A stretch of DNA of 64,000 bases, taken from positions 224,001 through 288,000 of the forward strand of contig JBFMAF010000035.1 in assembly GCA_040755995.1 (NCBI GenBank), given 5' to 3'. Both the position numbers and the translations under genes were made by a program. This document shows, in pieces, positions 62,910-64,000 of this stretch. Source of the stretch: Acidobacteriota bacterium (GTDB lineage Bacteria > Acidobacteriota > CAIWXX01). Below the pieces are notes generated by a model that worked only from the letters and a program-made list of their open reading frames with translations, was not told the origin of the DNA and ran no database searches. How positions within the stretch are numbered: the stretch's first letter is position 1; every line of letters begins with the position of its first letter.

Positions 62910-63902
62910 CTAGAAGTGCCTGAGGTACTCAGGAATATCGTCCGGCGCTCTCACACCCGACTTGATCTCCTGGGTAATGACCATGGACGTCAAGAAGACG
63001 TTCGCGTCCACATTGATGTTCTCGAACGACAGGCCGGCCTTCGCGATCTTCCCGTTGATGTACTCGATTTCGGTCGGGCACTTGTTCTGGAGGTCGACCC
63101 ACATGGAGGGCATATGGTCGCCGCCGCGCATCAGGTAGGCGATGCAGTACTCCCGCGCGTCTTCGCCGTAGTGGTAGCCGAGGGCGGCTGCGACCGAGAG
63201 CCCTTCCCTGATGAGAATGTCGGCCAGGTGCTTCGTGTGCACGTACGTCATTGCCTGCCGCATGGTGATGCCCGAGGTCGCACAGAGGGCGCTCAGCGCC
63301 GAGTTGAGGATGGTCTTGAAGAACGTCAGTTTCTTGACATCGTAAGTCGGGACCACTTCGGTCGTCAGACCGGCCTTGTTCATGACGGCGGCCAGCGTGT
63401 CCAGCACCGGGAGGCCTGCGTTCTTCAGCGGCCCGAGGTAATTAGGTGGGGTGAACCACAGCAGGGACACGGTGCCGTCGGCGGGCGAGACGCCTCCCGC
63501 GTAGTTCACAGTCCCCCTGGCTACGCGATCCGGTGGGAAGAACTTGCCCACTTCGTCCTCGGGTCCGATGCCGTTCTGGAAGCTCACGACCACGGTGCCG
63601 GGATGAAGCACCTTCTGGAGCTCCGGGAGGATTGTCTTGAGCGTCCACGTCTTGGTGCAGATGAAGAGAGCCATGGGCTTGTGATTCCGGAGCTCCTCAA
63701 GGGATCTCAGGATGGTGAAGGATCTGGAGGCCATGGTCATCGTCCCCGACACTTCCAGACCGCGTTCGCAGAGCTGCTGCGCGCGGCTGGGGGCCGATTC
63801 AATCAGAAGCACGTCCTGGCCGGCCGACGCAAGGCCGGCGGCCAGGATCGATCCGACCGGACCCGCGCCAAGGACCGCCATCGTGTTCTCCCCTGTGCTC
63901 AT
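62910..63902 (-). CDS. Ketopantoate reductase (PanE/ApbA) family 2-oxoacid reductase
   Basis: VLGAGPVG, CTKT, SFQNGIG, FKTILN, PSMWVD and TEIEYING. Confidence 0.88.
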   Translation of the reverse strand: MSTGENTMAVLGAGPVGSILAAGLASAGQDVLLIESAPSRAQQLCERGLEVSGTMTMASRSFTILRSLEELRNHKPMALFICTKTWTLKTILPELQKVLHPGTVVVSFQNGIGPEDEVGKFFPPDRVARGTVNYAGGVSPADGTVSLLWFTPPNYLGPLKNAGLPVLDTLAAVMNKAGLTTEVVPTYDVKKLTFFKTILNSALSALCATSGITMRQAMTYVHTKHLADILIREGLSVAAALGYHYGEDAREYCIAYLMRGGDHMPSMWVDLQNKCPTEIEYINGKIAKAGLSFENINVDANVFLTSMVITQEIKSGVRAPDDIPEYLRHF

Positions 63903-64000
63903 GTCAAACTCCTTTGGCGCGGCTGCCTGGGTGTCTTCCGCAACTCCTGCCAGGCAGGAACTTCGCGTTGCGCCATGCGCAGATCTCGCGCCATCCTTCG

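Noticed and set aside
7259..62913. Long antisense or alternate-frame ORFs (e.g. 7259-8671, 11867-13498, 28494-30170, 55341-56963, 61246-62913)
   Set aside because: They overlap well-supported genes, are Arg/Ala/Pro-rich without motifs, and are expected shadows in high-GC DNA.
63925..63960. TGGCA...TTGC upstream of the PanE-like gene as a sigma-54 promoter
   Set aside because: The GG-to-GC spacing is 8 nt, not the required 10.

Overview
GC-rich bacterial chromosomal window from a diderm, probably anaerobic or facultative organism. The GWxTD protein, Oar-like TonB-dependent receptor and sulfatase-TPR protein suggest Acidobacteriota or a relative (inference only). It holds about 45 supportable protein genes or gene fragments. 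I found no rRNA, tRNA, CRISPR array, integrase or transposase. Layout: (1-7 kb) beta-propeller gene fragments, an orphan propeller/Y_Y_Y histidine kinase and a beta-barrel gene, most of this lying between two copies of a hairpin repeat; (7-10 kb) cupredoxin plus a membrane HAMP-Ser/Thr kinase; (10-23 kb) housekeeping and envelope genes, a thioredoxin-fold/DUF6029-like barrel cluster divergent from a Tat-signal AmmeMemoRadiSam radical SAM gene, and a VapBC-type pair; (23-38 kb) comM, mltD, an 891-aa tandem tyrosine phenol-lyase-like gene, Rrf2, a Ca/Na antiporter, GWxTD and an amine-metabolism trio; (38-53 kb) a TetR-controlled YbhGFSR/TolC-type efflux operon, sulfatase-like TPR protein, FadL and TBDR; (53-64 kb) an anaerobic 2-hydroxyacyl-CoA/thiolase cluster interrupted by a HEPN + BolA/MNT-like gene pair. 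The most striking observation is the tandem lyase. Its two halves have lost complementary catalytic residues, which implies a single-chain pseudo-heterodimer with one composite active site. All family assignments come from motif recognition by eye; no database searches were run.
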